From: Macrostomum hystrix
Taxonomy: Eukaryota > Animalia > Platyhelminthes
Length of the DNA: 64,000 bases
Assembly: GCA_950097015.1 (NCBI GenBank)
Contig: CATNEN010000026.1
Location: 1,488,001-1,552,000 of the forward strand
Direction of reading: 5' to 3'
The notes under the pieces are model-generated. The model was not told the DNA's origin, made no database searches, and saw only the letters and a list, made by a program, of their open reading frames with translations. The position numbers were made by a program, and so were the translations under genes. This document shows, in pieces, positions 24,821 to 35,860 of this stretch; positions within the stretch are counted from its first letter, which is position 1; each line of letters opens with the position of its first letter.

Positions 24821-25345
24821 CTACCGATAAAAAAGTGCGCAGCAATTGAACTTAATGTCATGAAATGCGGATGACAGGCTCACTTTCCGTACACTTAAAT
24901 CGCTTACACAGAAACAATTGCAATCGTCGGGAAAAGTGTATGCAATGTAGTGACCGCTCTGGGCTGAACGGCCCATGTGAACAACAGCCGCTCGAAGCGT
25001 GTATTTTCTACCTGACAGAGTGAGCTTCATTTCGAGAGGAATAGCCGATGAGCATTTTAATATGGCACCGCTCTTCGGGTCAACTCGGACTCGATCAACA
25101 CCGATGCACAGGCATTCAGATGTCGATGCAAGTACTTGAATATGAATGCGTCGACCATTTCCGCAGTTCGGATCTGAACAAGGAATATCTGTCTGCTCCG
25201 AGGTGGACATCATAGCTTGTCGCACGATTAGGGGAAAATCGCGGTCATCGTTTTCCCGGACTGGCAGGCGGAGAATTGTTACAACATCTATGCCATTCAC
25301 TCGACTTGCAATGTGGCATATGGAGCAGACAAGAGTTGTCTTTAT
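24821..25345 (-). CDS. C-terminal half of a ubiquitin-specific protease (peptidase C19) catalytic domain, carried inside the foldback element
   Basis: After acceptor CCCACAG| (phase 0): CSIC...CSDPNC (finger Cys), YTLRAAVVHMGRSAQSGHYIAY (His box), VSDLSVRKV (ND..V equivalent), terminal LFYR. No Cys box (G..N.GNTC) found upstream. Confidence 0.8.
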   Translation of the reverse strand: MKTTLVCSICHIASRVNGIDVVTILRLPVRENDDRDFPLIVRQAMMSTSEQTDIPCSDPNCGNGRRIHIQVLASTSECLCIGVDRVRVDPKSGAILKCSSAIPLEMKLTLSGRKYTLRAAVVHMGRSAQSGHYIAYTFPDDCNCFCVSDLSVRKVSLSSAFHDIKFNCCALFYR

Positions 25346-25354
25346 CTGTGGGCA

Positions 25355-25700
25355 TGAGTTGGGCATGGCTGTGAATAGTTGGGCATGGTTGGGCATGGCT
25401 GGGAATAGTTGGGCATGGTTAGGCATGGCTGTGAATAGTTGGGCATGGTTGGGCATGGCTGGGAATAGTTGGGCATGGTTGGGCATGGCTGGGAATAGTT
25501 GGGCATGGTTGGGCATGGCTGGGAATAGTTGGGCATGGTTGGGCATGGCTGTGAATAGTTGGGCATGGTTGGGCATGGCTGGGAATAGTTGGGCATGGTT
25601 GGGCATGGCTGGGAATAGTTGGGCATGGTTGGGCATGGCAGGTATAGCTAGGCATGGTTAGACATTGTTTGGCATGGTTGGCATGCTGGGCATGGCTAGG
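25355..25700 (-). repeat. Inverted copy of the CCATGCCCAA minisatellite; inner part of the right TIR
   Basis: (GGGCATGGTTGGGCATGGCTGGGAATAGTT)n read directly. Confidence 0.95.
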
Positions 25701-28023
25701 CCTTGACATTATTGTATATGGCTAGGCATGGCTGACATGGCTAGGCAAGATAATCATGGTTTATCAAAAGCAATAGTTGATTTAGTAAATATAGTAATAA
25801 ATTTCTTAGAACTTGAAAGACAAAATTCTGATATGACAATAGGCCTATAAGCTAGAATATAGAATATAGAAATTGCTAATCATTTATTGAACCCAAATAT
25901 TTAAAGTAAATTGAATAAATTATATAAACCTAATTGTGGAATCTAAATAGAGTAAACAAATAATGAGGGAAAAATATTTTGTCTTTTTTAGCATGTCAGT
26001 CTATACATTTTTTAGAGAAGTTAACAAACAAATAGACAATTTCATTTTTCCCTATGTGAGTATACAATAATGTTAAATAATAAATATGCTTAATATTATA
26101 TAATATCATATCAAGTTGGCTTTCTATATATATATTCAATGAAATATGTTTGAGGAATACAATTATATTAAAATTGTCATAACTAGCTCTACAGTATTCT
26201 AAGTCTAAGTACAACATTCTTTTTTCTAGGATTTTTTCATAGCCATCTTAATCCTGCTTTAGCTAGCTATATAGCTAAGCATAGGCATAGCTATCTTTTG
26301 TTCAAAAGCAAAAAATCATATGAGAAACTTTTAGAAAGTCTTTTTCTCTATTCCATTTCCATAGCCATATAGGGTTAGAACTCTTCTCTCCCCCACAAGT
26401 GTAGGTCTATGTATAACTAGGTCTAGCTATACACTGCATAACACTATACTCTTGACAGTCTTTGCACATAAATTAAACCACAAAAGGGTATATACTATTG
26501 TTGAAAGTAATATTCTAATAGAGCTTCATTTCGAAAAATAGTGCTTCGAATCCTAAGTGTTGAGGGTTTCACACCACGTGGGGTACGACAAGTTCGTTGA
26601 AAACTTTAGCTGCAGTTTGAATATTTCACGACAAACGATCCTTGAAGACATCTATAGATTATAGGGACGTTACATAGTTTTTAGCAATGTGCCTAGACTA
26701 ATAGCAAGTACTCTTAAATATTGTGGCACAGTTACTTCTTGCGCTAATAAAGCGAAAAATATGTATTGTGTGCCATTTTAGCCGCTCTGTGCAGCGTGGT
26801 AAGTCCAGCAATAAAATGACTGGCGTAAAGCCGTAAAAGTACTTTATTACTTCCTACATGCTTAGACAGAGCGGCACAAACCCTGGGTAGTGTGACACAA
26901 GAAGAACCTGTTATGCTTCTCTTAAAAATAAAAACGGCACACATTTTCCTCATTGCGTCACGGAGTGGGAGACCAGCAATAGCTCCAGCAATAAAAAAAA
27001 ACAAATTTCGCCGCTCTGGATCCAAGCGACCTGTCTTGGAGGCCTCAATTCTGCGTGGCACAGAATCTGTGGGTCAAAATAAATAAAATTCATTCATTTC
27101 CAGCAGTGGCACACCAAGTTTTCAAAAGTCTATTGCTGGCCCTATTGCTGGCGACCGGGGAGTCTCAGTAAGGCAGTTTAAACTGACTGTTTTAGTTAAA
27201 TTAATAACGTGAAACTTAAAAAGAATGCAAGTTAAAAATGTACATGTGAACAAATTTTGGAGTCCTTTTTTATTTATTAGGCAAGTCTAACTTTGTTAAA
27301 GTGTGTTAGTAAATATGGTAAATATTTGATATTCTTTTTCTTAGAATCGAAAACCGTAATTCTAAAAAACAACAAGAAACCTTCAGTATTTTTATCCTTT
27401 TGTGGCTGACAACTGTACCGGGCATAGACGAATGTACAGAATCTTTAGCGTCACTGTCGGTAATTGTCCTTAGCCTTTTATCTGTCCTTATCTACAGCTC
27501 TATCTAGCAAAAAGTAAAATAATGCCTAGTAAATTCTTGGAAACAATGCTTAAGCTTGTTTGCTAGATAGAACTATTTAAAGTAAGATATATGAATGAAA
27601 TAAATACTTGACTAGATAGATGATTTTCTTTATTTAAATTGTAGTTGCCTTTCTTCCAATGATAGGACACTACCAGGTGAAGTGTAAAACTAAACAAAGA
27701 TTGAGCAAAGTTAAATAGCTAATGTATATAAAAAAGAGAAAAAAAATGGTGTGAACTGGTAGCTTTAATTTTGGTTTTGAATATTGAAAAGGTTATAATT
27801 TCATATCTTTTAGCTAGGTTTTGTAGCTAGGATAGGTCCTGTGCAAGTCAGGTTTGTTCCAATCAATTTATTTTTATCTAATCCATAGCTATGCCTATAC
27901 TATTATCCAAATTTATATTTATCCAAATAAAACTTTGGGTTAAAGGGTAACCACCCATTGCGAGGAATAGGAGCTGATTCGTTAGCTGCAGTGGCGTAGC
28001 TGGGAGGGTATACAGGGATATAT

Positions 28024-28638
28024 CCCATAGTCCGGATCATGCTGGTTACGGCGGAAATTTCCGGCGTAAATGTTGCTGGTAAATATGTTGGCCGGCGTAA
28101 GGTTGGCGTAACTTTTGACCAAAAAATCTGGTGGCGTAAGTGGTTGGCGTAACCACGATCACCACGATCGTGAATCACGATCATATGTATCACTATAGAA
28201 CATAACACCAAGGACCACTAGAAGAAGAACAAGAAGAAGAAGAAGAAGAAGAAGAACTCTTCTTCTAGTGGTCCTTGCATAACACATTTGCGTTAATTAT
28301 GATGTTTGCGTTAATTAGGAGCAGCATTAAAACAAAGTTCATTAAAATATTGCAGTTCATATAAATGAGATAGCAGAATATCTATTGTAGGATAGCAAAA
28401 GTTTTTTTAGCTTTAAGATGCTTACTTTGATACTTGATTCAGAATTTGCAACTTGTGAGATTTTTAAACAGTTGCAACTTCTGAATTTAATTAATCACCG
28501 ATTAACATGATTTGTGAAGGACCTTTTTTGGGTGGCGTAAGTCAGAGGGACCTTTTTTGGTTGGCGTAAGTCTGGCGTAAGTGCCAAAAATGTTGGATTT
28601 TTCCTCCGGCGTAAGTCCAGCATGATCCGGACTATGGG
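28024..28638. mobile_element. 615-bp MITE with CCC...GGG termini and ATAT(AT) target duplication (piggyBac-like ends)
   Basis: Perfect 22-bp TIR CCCATAGTCCGGATCATGCTGG / CCAGCATGATCCGGACTATGGG; ATATAT on both sides; many subterminal GGCGTAA motifs. Confidence 0.82.
28209..28277. mobile_element. 69-bp mini-MITE
   Basis: Perfect 20-bp TIR CAAGGACCACTAGAAGAAGA / TCTTCTTCTAGTGGTCCTTG around a 29-bp GAA-repeat spacer; exact 8-bp TSD CATAACAC at 28201-28208 and 28278-28285. Confidence 0.88.
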
Positions 28639-31462
28639 ATATATCCCCCCAAGTGGCAGAAAAATTGGGGGAGAGTTGAAAGGGGGAGTATTACCATTAA
28701 AATACAGTCCATTTTTTATTGTTCATTCACATTTTTTCATTTACCCCCCTATCAAAAATTCTTAGCTACGCTACTGGTTAGCTGTAACACTTAGTAAGAC
28801 AAGGCTGTCCCCTATCCCCTCTACTCTTCTCACTATATATAGATCATTTGAACACAATGCTAAGGGATTCATTTTGCAGCGACACCTTCATTAAAGATGA
28901 ACAAATCAACAACTTGCTATACTGCAATGATTTAGTGATCTTCGGAGAGAATCCTCAAGAGTTGCAGAAGGGCCTCGATAAAGTGTCTGAATTTTGTCAA
29001 AGCCACAAGCTAGAAATCAATATGCAAAAAACTAAGGTTATTAGCTGTTGCCCTGACCCATCAAAGATGGCTAACAAACTATTTCTGCAGGGACAACTGT
29101 TAGATAGCTGTTAAATAAAAAATTATTTGTAAACAGATCAGCTCAGCTCATGCTGTACTGCATAGCAATGATAGGAAGCATGGCTCTGTACGCCTCCGAG
29201 GCCTGGGGGGCTTTTTTCTCGTGGAACCTGGGTCCTTGGGACCGCTGTCTTTTGGAAAGGGTAAACATCAGGTGCTGTAAAGCCATACTACAAGTCAGCC
29301 AAAATACGGATAGGAACGGGGCCCGCTCAGAGTTAGGCAGATTGCCTTTATTATACAACATCCAGAAAAGAAGCACTTCGTACTGGGCCTCCATAACAAG
29401 CCGGCCGGACTCCATAATTTTCAAGTTATTGGCAGACCAAACATACAGTGATGTTGGAATCAAAACAAAGATCAACAATGACGTTATGCTGAACTGCAGA
29501 GGCATTAGTCCTGCAAAAGCAATTAAAAACCACAGGAAAAATTTTGTTTCTCAGTTCAATACCCTTTGGAGACAAAGGACACAGAACACAAGCAAGCTAA
29601 GTCATTTCTATTACTCCTTCAAGCAATATTATTCAGCGAAAAATATTTACAACAAATATACAACCCAGAGTTGAGACGTACCATATCCTCATTTAGACTA
29701 GGAAACCATAAGCTAGCTTGCAAAACATTGCGAACTGCAAGACCAAAAATTCTGTATGTGAATAGATTATGTAGTAAGTGCAAAACAGAAGTTGAAAACG
29801 AGGTCCACTTCCTTTTTAAGTGCAGTTGGAATATGTATAGTGTAGCACATTCGAATTTTGAGAAGGAAATTTCTGGGAAAACTCCCAATTTCATATCCTT
29901 AACAGCAGAAGAGAAATCTAACTACATAATGGCTCAAGACAATCGGGAAACCATTGAAGCTTTAGCAAAATACATCATAGGTATCTCTAAAATAAGGGAA
30001 CAGCTGCCCTGAGACTACGAGCTCGCACATAGTGTATTAACATTTAACAATATATATTTAATATTTTGTTTTATTCCTGGCGTCCCTTGTGTTTTTACTG
30101 CTCTTATTTTTAATACCTTTGCTTTTGCTTTTCCCTTCCCAGCTCAATAGTTGAATCCTACAAAACTTCGCTTTTTATGTTATGTTTCTTGTTGTCCAGT
30201 AAAATATTTGTTGTCAAAAAAAAATAAAAAAAAATCAGCACCTATAGATGGTGTGAGCATTTTAATAATAATAATAATAATAACTTAAATGTACAGTTTT
30301 GAATAGGTAGGTAGGTTCCAATAACATTTAATGGCAACAAGAGCAGATCCATTTAGAGGTCCAAAGCTCTTAAAGCTCTATATTATAAAATAAACTGCCT
30401 TGGTCCCACAGTACCCTATAGTCCATTGCAGTCCATTACAGTCCCATTGTGGTTCATTGCAGTCTTTTTCGATGTTTATACAGATCCCTAAGGGGTAATG
30501 AAGAGTGCATGCTCATCCTCTTCCCAACTTGGCCAACCTAATTTGGTGGGACTTGGCCTATCATAGTTTTGTTTGCCTTATCATAGATTATCTTAGTAGC
30601 TTACTAGGGCCTACCTAGACAAGAATGAACCAGATTTGCAGCACCTTAGTTATCCAACCAGCATTATCACGAGGCCACTCCACCCACTCATGTCATAATG
30701 GCCACTTAACAAATTGTCAGAAATGAGAAAAGCTACAAATAATCAAGTAACTCGCCTTTGAGTTTAACTGTTAGGATAGTAAAGCAAAGAAAGTTATAAT
30801 TCCACTAAGCTGATTAACATCTAGAAATGTATAGACATATCCAAAATATACCAATGCTTATTCTCATGAAATGATTATGAATTTGATATTTATAGTTTGA
30901 TTAGCTTGAATATAAATATAATACTATATAATACATTATAGTTAGAAATGATATTTTTGTATGACTGCTGTCCAACATGTTGGAAGTATATATATTATTC
31001 TTTTTTACACATTTGTATATATAATTTTTGTCTTGCACTATCCTAGCTAACCAATCAGAAGCCAACCAGTTAAATCAAATTTAAGTATTCAAAATGAAGC
31101 ATCAAACACAAAGGGCCTATAGAACTGCAGTGTGTGTCAACAAATAATTTTAATGGCCTATGATTAAAAATTAGTTATTTTGCTTTGAAACTGCTTCAGA
31201 AAATTGTAAAATGGATTTGCAGTTGTCTCTCTCACATGTACTTATTTTTGTTACAATTTCAGAATTCAATGTAAAGAATCACTTTGTGCAATTTGCAAAC
31301 CATTTTTTAAAAGAAAACATTTTAGAGAGATTTTGCAAATAGTAAAGTGGTGATAAACTGCCTAAATACAGTCACAGCTAAAATTATTATTGGCTGTCAT
31401 AAAGCCAGCAGACATTCATCTTCATCTGTACAAAGAACATCGATCTATAAACTACAAGATCC

Positions 31463-31573
31463 ATGACTGACAGTCGCAAGACACCGCCAACGTCACCACA
31501 TCGTGCTAGCAGCAAGAACCTCACTGTCAAAGTGGTGCTGCTTGATGACACAGTAAACTCATTCCAGGTTCCA
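31463..31573 (+). CDS. FARP: FARP/Cdep-family gene, coding exon 1 (MTDSRK...LTVKVVLLDDTVNSFQVP), start of FERM
   Basis: ATG 31463, donor CCA|GTGAGT, phase 0; matches FARP1 IKIQMLDDTQEAFEVP. Confidence 0.85.
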
Positions 31574-31606
31574 GTGAGTAACTTCAGATTAACCAGAATT
31601 GCACTA

Positions 31607-33258
31607 AAGAGATGAATTTGGTGTTCTCAGAATGTCACATGAGTGATGGATTTGGTGTTCTCGGAATGTCACATGAGTGATGAATTTTGTGTTCTCAGAA
31701 TGTCACATGAGTGATGGATTTGGTGTTCTCGGAATGTCACATGAGTGATGGATTTGGTGTTCTCGGAATGTCACATGAGTGATGGATTTGGTGTTCTCAG
31801 AATCTCACATGAGTGATGGATTTGGTGTTCTCAGAATGTCACATGAGTGATGGATTTGGTGTTCTCGGAATGTCACATGAGTGATGGATTTGGTGTTCTC
31901 AGAATCTCACATGAGTGATGGATTTGGTGTTCTCAGAATGTCACATGAGTGATGGATTTGGTGTTCTCGGAATGTCACATGAGTGATGGATTTGGTGTTC
32001 TCGGAATGTCACATGAGTGATGGATTTGGTGTTCTCAGAATGTCTCATGAGTGATGGATTTGGTGTTCTCGGAATGTCACATGAGTGATGGATTTGGTGT
32101 TCTCAGAATGTCACATGAGTGATGGATTTGGTGTTCTCGGAATGTCACATGAGTGATGGATTTGGTGTTCTCAGAATGTCTCATGAGTGATGGATTTGGT
32201 GTTCTCAGAATGTCACATGAGTGATGGATATAGTGTTCTCAGAATGTCACATGAGTGATGGATTTGGTGTTCTCGGAATGTCACATGAGTGATGGATTTG
32301 GTGTTCTCAGAATGTCACATGAGTGATGGATTTGGTGTTCTCAGAATGTCTCATGAGTGATGGATTTGGTGTTCTCGGAATGTCACATGAGTGATGGATT
32401 TGGTGTTCTCAGAATGTCACATGAGTGATGGATTTGGTGTTCTCGGAATGTCACATGAGTGATGGATTTGGTGTTCTCAGAATGTCACATGAGTGATGGA
32501 TTTGGTGTTCTCGGAATGTCACATGAGTGATGGATTTGGTGTTCTCAGAATGTCTCATGAGTGATGGATTTGGTGTTCTCGGAATGTCACATGAGTGATG
32601 GATTTGGTGTTCTCAGAATCTCACATGAGTGATGGATTTGGTGTTCTCGGAATGTCACATGAGTGATGGATTTGGTGTTCTCAGAATCTCACATGAGTGA
32701 TGGATTTGGTGTTCTCGGAATGTCACATGAGTGATGGATTTGGTGTTCTCAGAATCTCACATGAGTGATGGATTTGGTGTTCTCAGAATGTCACATGAGT
32801 GATGGATTTGGTGTTCTCAGAATGTCACATGAGTGATGGATTTGGTGTTCTCAGAATGTCACATGAGTGATGGATTTGGTGTTCTCAGAATGTCACATGA
32901 GTGATGGATTTGGTGTTCTCAGAATGTCACATGAGTGATGGATTTGGTGTTCTCAGAATGTCACATGAGTGATGGATTTGGTGTTCTCAGAATGTCACAT
33001 GAGTGATGGATTTGGTGTTCTCAGAATGTCACATGAGTGATGGATTTGGTGTTCTCAGAATGTCACATGAGTGATGGATTTGGTGTTCTCAGAATGTCAC
33101 GTGAGTGATGGATTTGGTGTTCTCAGAATGTCACATGAGTGATGGATTTTGTGTTCTCAGAATCTCACATGAGTGATGGATTTTGTGTTCTCAGAATGTC
33201 ACATGAGTGATGGATTTGGTGTTCTCAGAATGTCACATGAGTGATGGATTTGGTGTTT
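31607..33258. repeat. 34-bp intronic minisatellite (GATGGATTTGGTGTTCTCAGAATGTCACATGAGT)n
   Basis: Direct reading; starts ~35 bp into FARP intron 1. Confidence 0.97.
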
Positions 33259-33559
33259 TCACACTCTTTAAAATTCAGGTTCTTAAGGTGTTCTTTGTTA
33301 GCCTAAAAGTACGTTTTGTGTTGCGAAAATTTCTTGAGTATGACTACCGTTAGTTTGCTAGTTAATGCGCTGCCTAACTAGCCTACTATAATCGGATTTA
33401 TAAATCAGGGCTTCTGATAAGATAATCCTCTACACCTACACAATCTCTAGTCTGCCTAACGCAACTTAACTCCTGCCTATTTAATCTGTCGATCTTCAGT
33501 GAGACTTACATAAAGAAATTGAGGCGAGCAGTAAGAGATTGTTTTGGGGAAAAAGTAGA

Positions 33560-34300
33560 AAATAGACTGAGTGACAAGTGAGAAATAGACTGAGTGACAA
33601 GTGAGAAATAGACTGAGTGACAAATGAAAAATATACTGGGTGACAAGTGAGAAATAGACTGGGTGACAAGTGAGAAATAGACTGGGTGACAAGTGAGAAA
33701 TAGACTGGGTGACAAGTGAGAAATAGACTGGGTGACAAGTGAGAAAAAGACTGGGTGACAAGTGAGAAATAGACTGGGCGACAAGTGAGAAATAGACTGG
33801 GTGACAAGTGAGAAATAGACTGGGCGACAAGTGAGAAATAGACTGGGTGACAAGTGAGAAATAGACTGGGTGACAAGTGAGAAATAGACTGGGTGACAAG
33901 TCAGAAAAAGACTGGGTGACAAGTGAGAAATAGACTGGGTGACAATTGAGAAATAGACTGGGTGACAAGTGAGAAATAGACTAAGTGACAAGTGAGAAAT
34001 AGACTGGGTGACAAGTGAGAAATAGACTGGGTGACAATTGAGAAATAGACTGGGTGACAAGTCAGAAAAAGACTGGGTGACAAGTGAGAAATAGACTGGG
34101 TGACAAGTGAGAAATAGACTGGGTGACAAGTGAGAAATAGACAGGGTGACAAATGAGAAATCGACTGGGTGGCAAGTGAGAAATAGACTGGGTGGCAAGT
34201 GAGAAATAGACTGGGTGACAAGTGAGAAATAGACTGAGTGACAAGTGAGAAATAGACTGGGTGACAAGTGAGAAATAGACTGGGTGAGAGTGAGAAATCG
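33560..34300. repeat. 23-bp minisatellite (GACTGGGTGACAAGTGAGAAATA)n
   Basis: Direct reading. Confidence 0.96.
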
Positions 34301-34709
34301 ACGGAGTTAACGAAATAGAGTAGGAAAAAGTACACAAAAAGTTGCACTTTTCATTTAAAGGTGGGCCGAATTTCTACAACGTTATTTTCTTTTCAAATAC
34401 TGGATCTGCACGCCGTTCTCGGATTCCTTGCATACGCATTGGACAACCTTAGCAGCATCCCATTCCCCATCCACTCGTTTTGGGGGGGCCTAACCCGTTC
34501 ACTTCCGGTCAAAGCCAGTACAGTTACCTAGTTTATAGATGATTGATTGATTGGTACAAGTGGTGCTTGTCTAGTTGTCCTTTGAACCATAGTTAAATAA
34601 TTACTTTATCAAAAATTTTTCGTACACTTTTCTAAACATATTTTTGTGCTCGGAATTCGATAAGATAATTGACGTTCATATTTATAATTGATTACACCAG
34701 CCCCTATTG

Positions 34710-34981
34710 AGCCAAATATGCAGCCGACAGCACAGCCACAACGATTGCGCGGTGCATCTAAAGGCTGCCACACAGCTGTTCAGTCCATGGACTGGGGGGA
34801 CGCCACAGCCACTCTCAATTTACCCCAGCTAATTCTGGTACCAATTTAACAGCTGGGTGTACTGAAGCAATGCAGAGTTAAGTGTCCTACTTAAAGACAC
34901 AAATTGTTCCATTGGAGTTGAGAATCGAACCCCCGACCTTTAACTCTTGATTCCGACGCTCTAACCTCTTGGCTACGACTC
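34710..34981 (-). mobile_element. tRNA-derived SINE, copy 1
   Basis: Minus strand begins GAGTCGTAGCCAAGAGGTTAGAGCGTCGGA (A-box-like)...GGGTTCGATTCTC (B-box-like), then AACAATTTGTGTC body shared with the copy at 60345-60516. 3' end approximate. Confidence 0.78.
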
Positions 34982-35554
34982 ACTGTTACAGCACGAAAAT
35001 TGAATATTATAAACGCAAATTTATACATGAAGTTCCTTTTCAAGTTTATTAAATTTGTCAAAACTTTTAAATCAAGGAAAGTGTTGAGGGAATTGAGATT
35101 GAGCCCAAGAAACTGGATTAATAAGGCTGCTGAGCAACTGGCAAAGGCTTTCTACTTCAGTTCCAGTTAGTCCGTTCGCCCGCTCCTAGTCTGTTCCGAT
35201 TCCCAAATCCTCAGCTTTCCTTTCCTCATTCCACCTACGGCCGGTTCAAGAGAGTCGCCTATCTCTCCCTCGCCCCCCCGGAGGCAACCCAACTACTTCC
35301 CGTTCCTCGGCCACCACTGAGGGGGTTACACGTTAAATCTGACCGATTTCTCCCCTCTCTCAATCCTCTCTTTTCTCCCTAACGAAGCAGTCCTGTCTAG
35401 TATAGTACCCCTGTTCTTATGTATTCTCTGGGCTGCGGCACTGATGATTGAGATAGAACTTACGACTAATGGCTCTAACAGATGAGCAGCTCAGTTTGTG
35501 AGTCCTGTTGTATTCGCGTTCGATCTTTTTTACTTTTTTGGATCTTGTTTTGGA

Positions 35555-35860
35555 TTTGGGATCTGAATCTTAAGATTTGGGATCTGAATCTTTAGATTTG
35601 GGATCTGAATCTTTAGATTTGGCAGCTGAATCTTTAGATTTGGGATCTGAATCTTTAGATTTGGCAGCTGAATCTTTAGATTTGGCAGCTGAATCTTTAG
35701 ATTTGGCAGCTGAATCTTTAGATTTGGCAGCTGAATCTTTAGATTTGGCAGCTGAATCTTTAGATTTGGCAGCTGAATCTTTAGATTTGGGATCTGAATC
35801 TTTAGATTTGGAATCTGCATCTTTAGATTTGGAATCTGCATCTTTAGATTTGGGATCTGG
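35555..35860. repeat. 21-bp minisatellite (GATTTGGCAGCTGAATCTTTA)n
   Basis: Direct reading. Confidence 0.93.

Larger units (their letters stand above)
18917..27163. mobile_element. 8.25-kb foldback-like DNA element with ~1.45-kb TIRs, probably Mutator/MULE-type and non-autonomous
   Basis: 18917-~20360 is the reverse complement of ~25700-27163 (ends ACTCCCCGGTCGCCAGCAAT / ATTGCTGGCGACCGGGGAGT); flanking direct repeat CTCAGTAAG at 18908-18916 and 27164-27172. No transposase seen; superfamily inferred from TSD and TIR length only. Confidence 0.9.
27989..28776. mobile_element. hAT-like MITE inserted in the LINE RT region
   Basis: TIR CAGTGGCGTAGCT / AGCTACGCTACTG (12/13); exact 8-bp TSD GTTAGCTG at 27981-27988 and 28777-28784. 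Confidence 0.92.
27900..30235 (+). mobile_element. 5'-truncated, frameshifted non-LTR retrotransposon (LINE; CR1/L2/RTEX-like)
   Basis: VRQGCPLSPLLFSLYIDHL (~28797), LLYCNDLVI (YADD box degenerate), LGRLPL, FRLGNHKL...RLCSKC...ENEVHFLFKC, A-rich tail ~30218-30235. 5' boundary approximate. Confidence 0.88.

Noticed and set aside
18917-27163. Complete Maverick/Polinton or autonomous transposon
   Set aside because: No integrase, polB, ATPase, capsid or DDE transposase ORF visible; the AG...CT / 5-bp TSD reading is only one of three possible parses.
34900-34981. Genuine tRNA genes here and at 60440-60516
   Set aside because: Acceptor and anticodon stems look imperfect and both continue into a shared non-tRNA body, so they are called SINEs.
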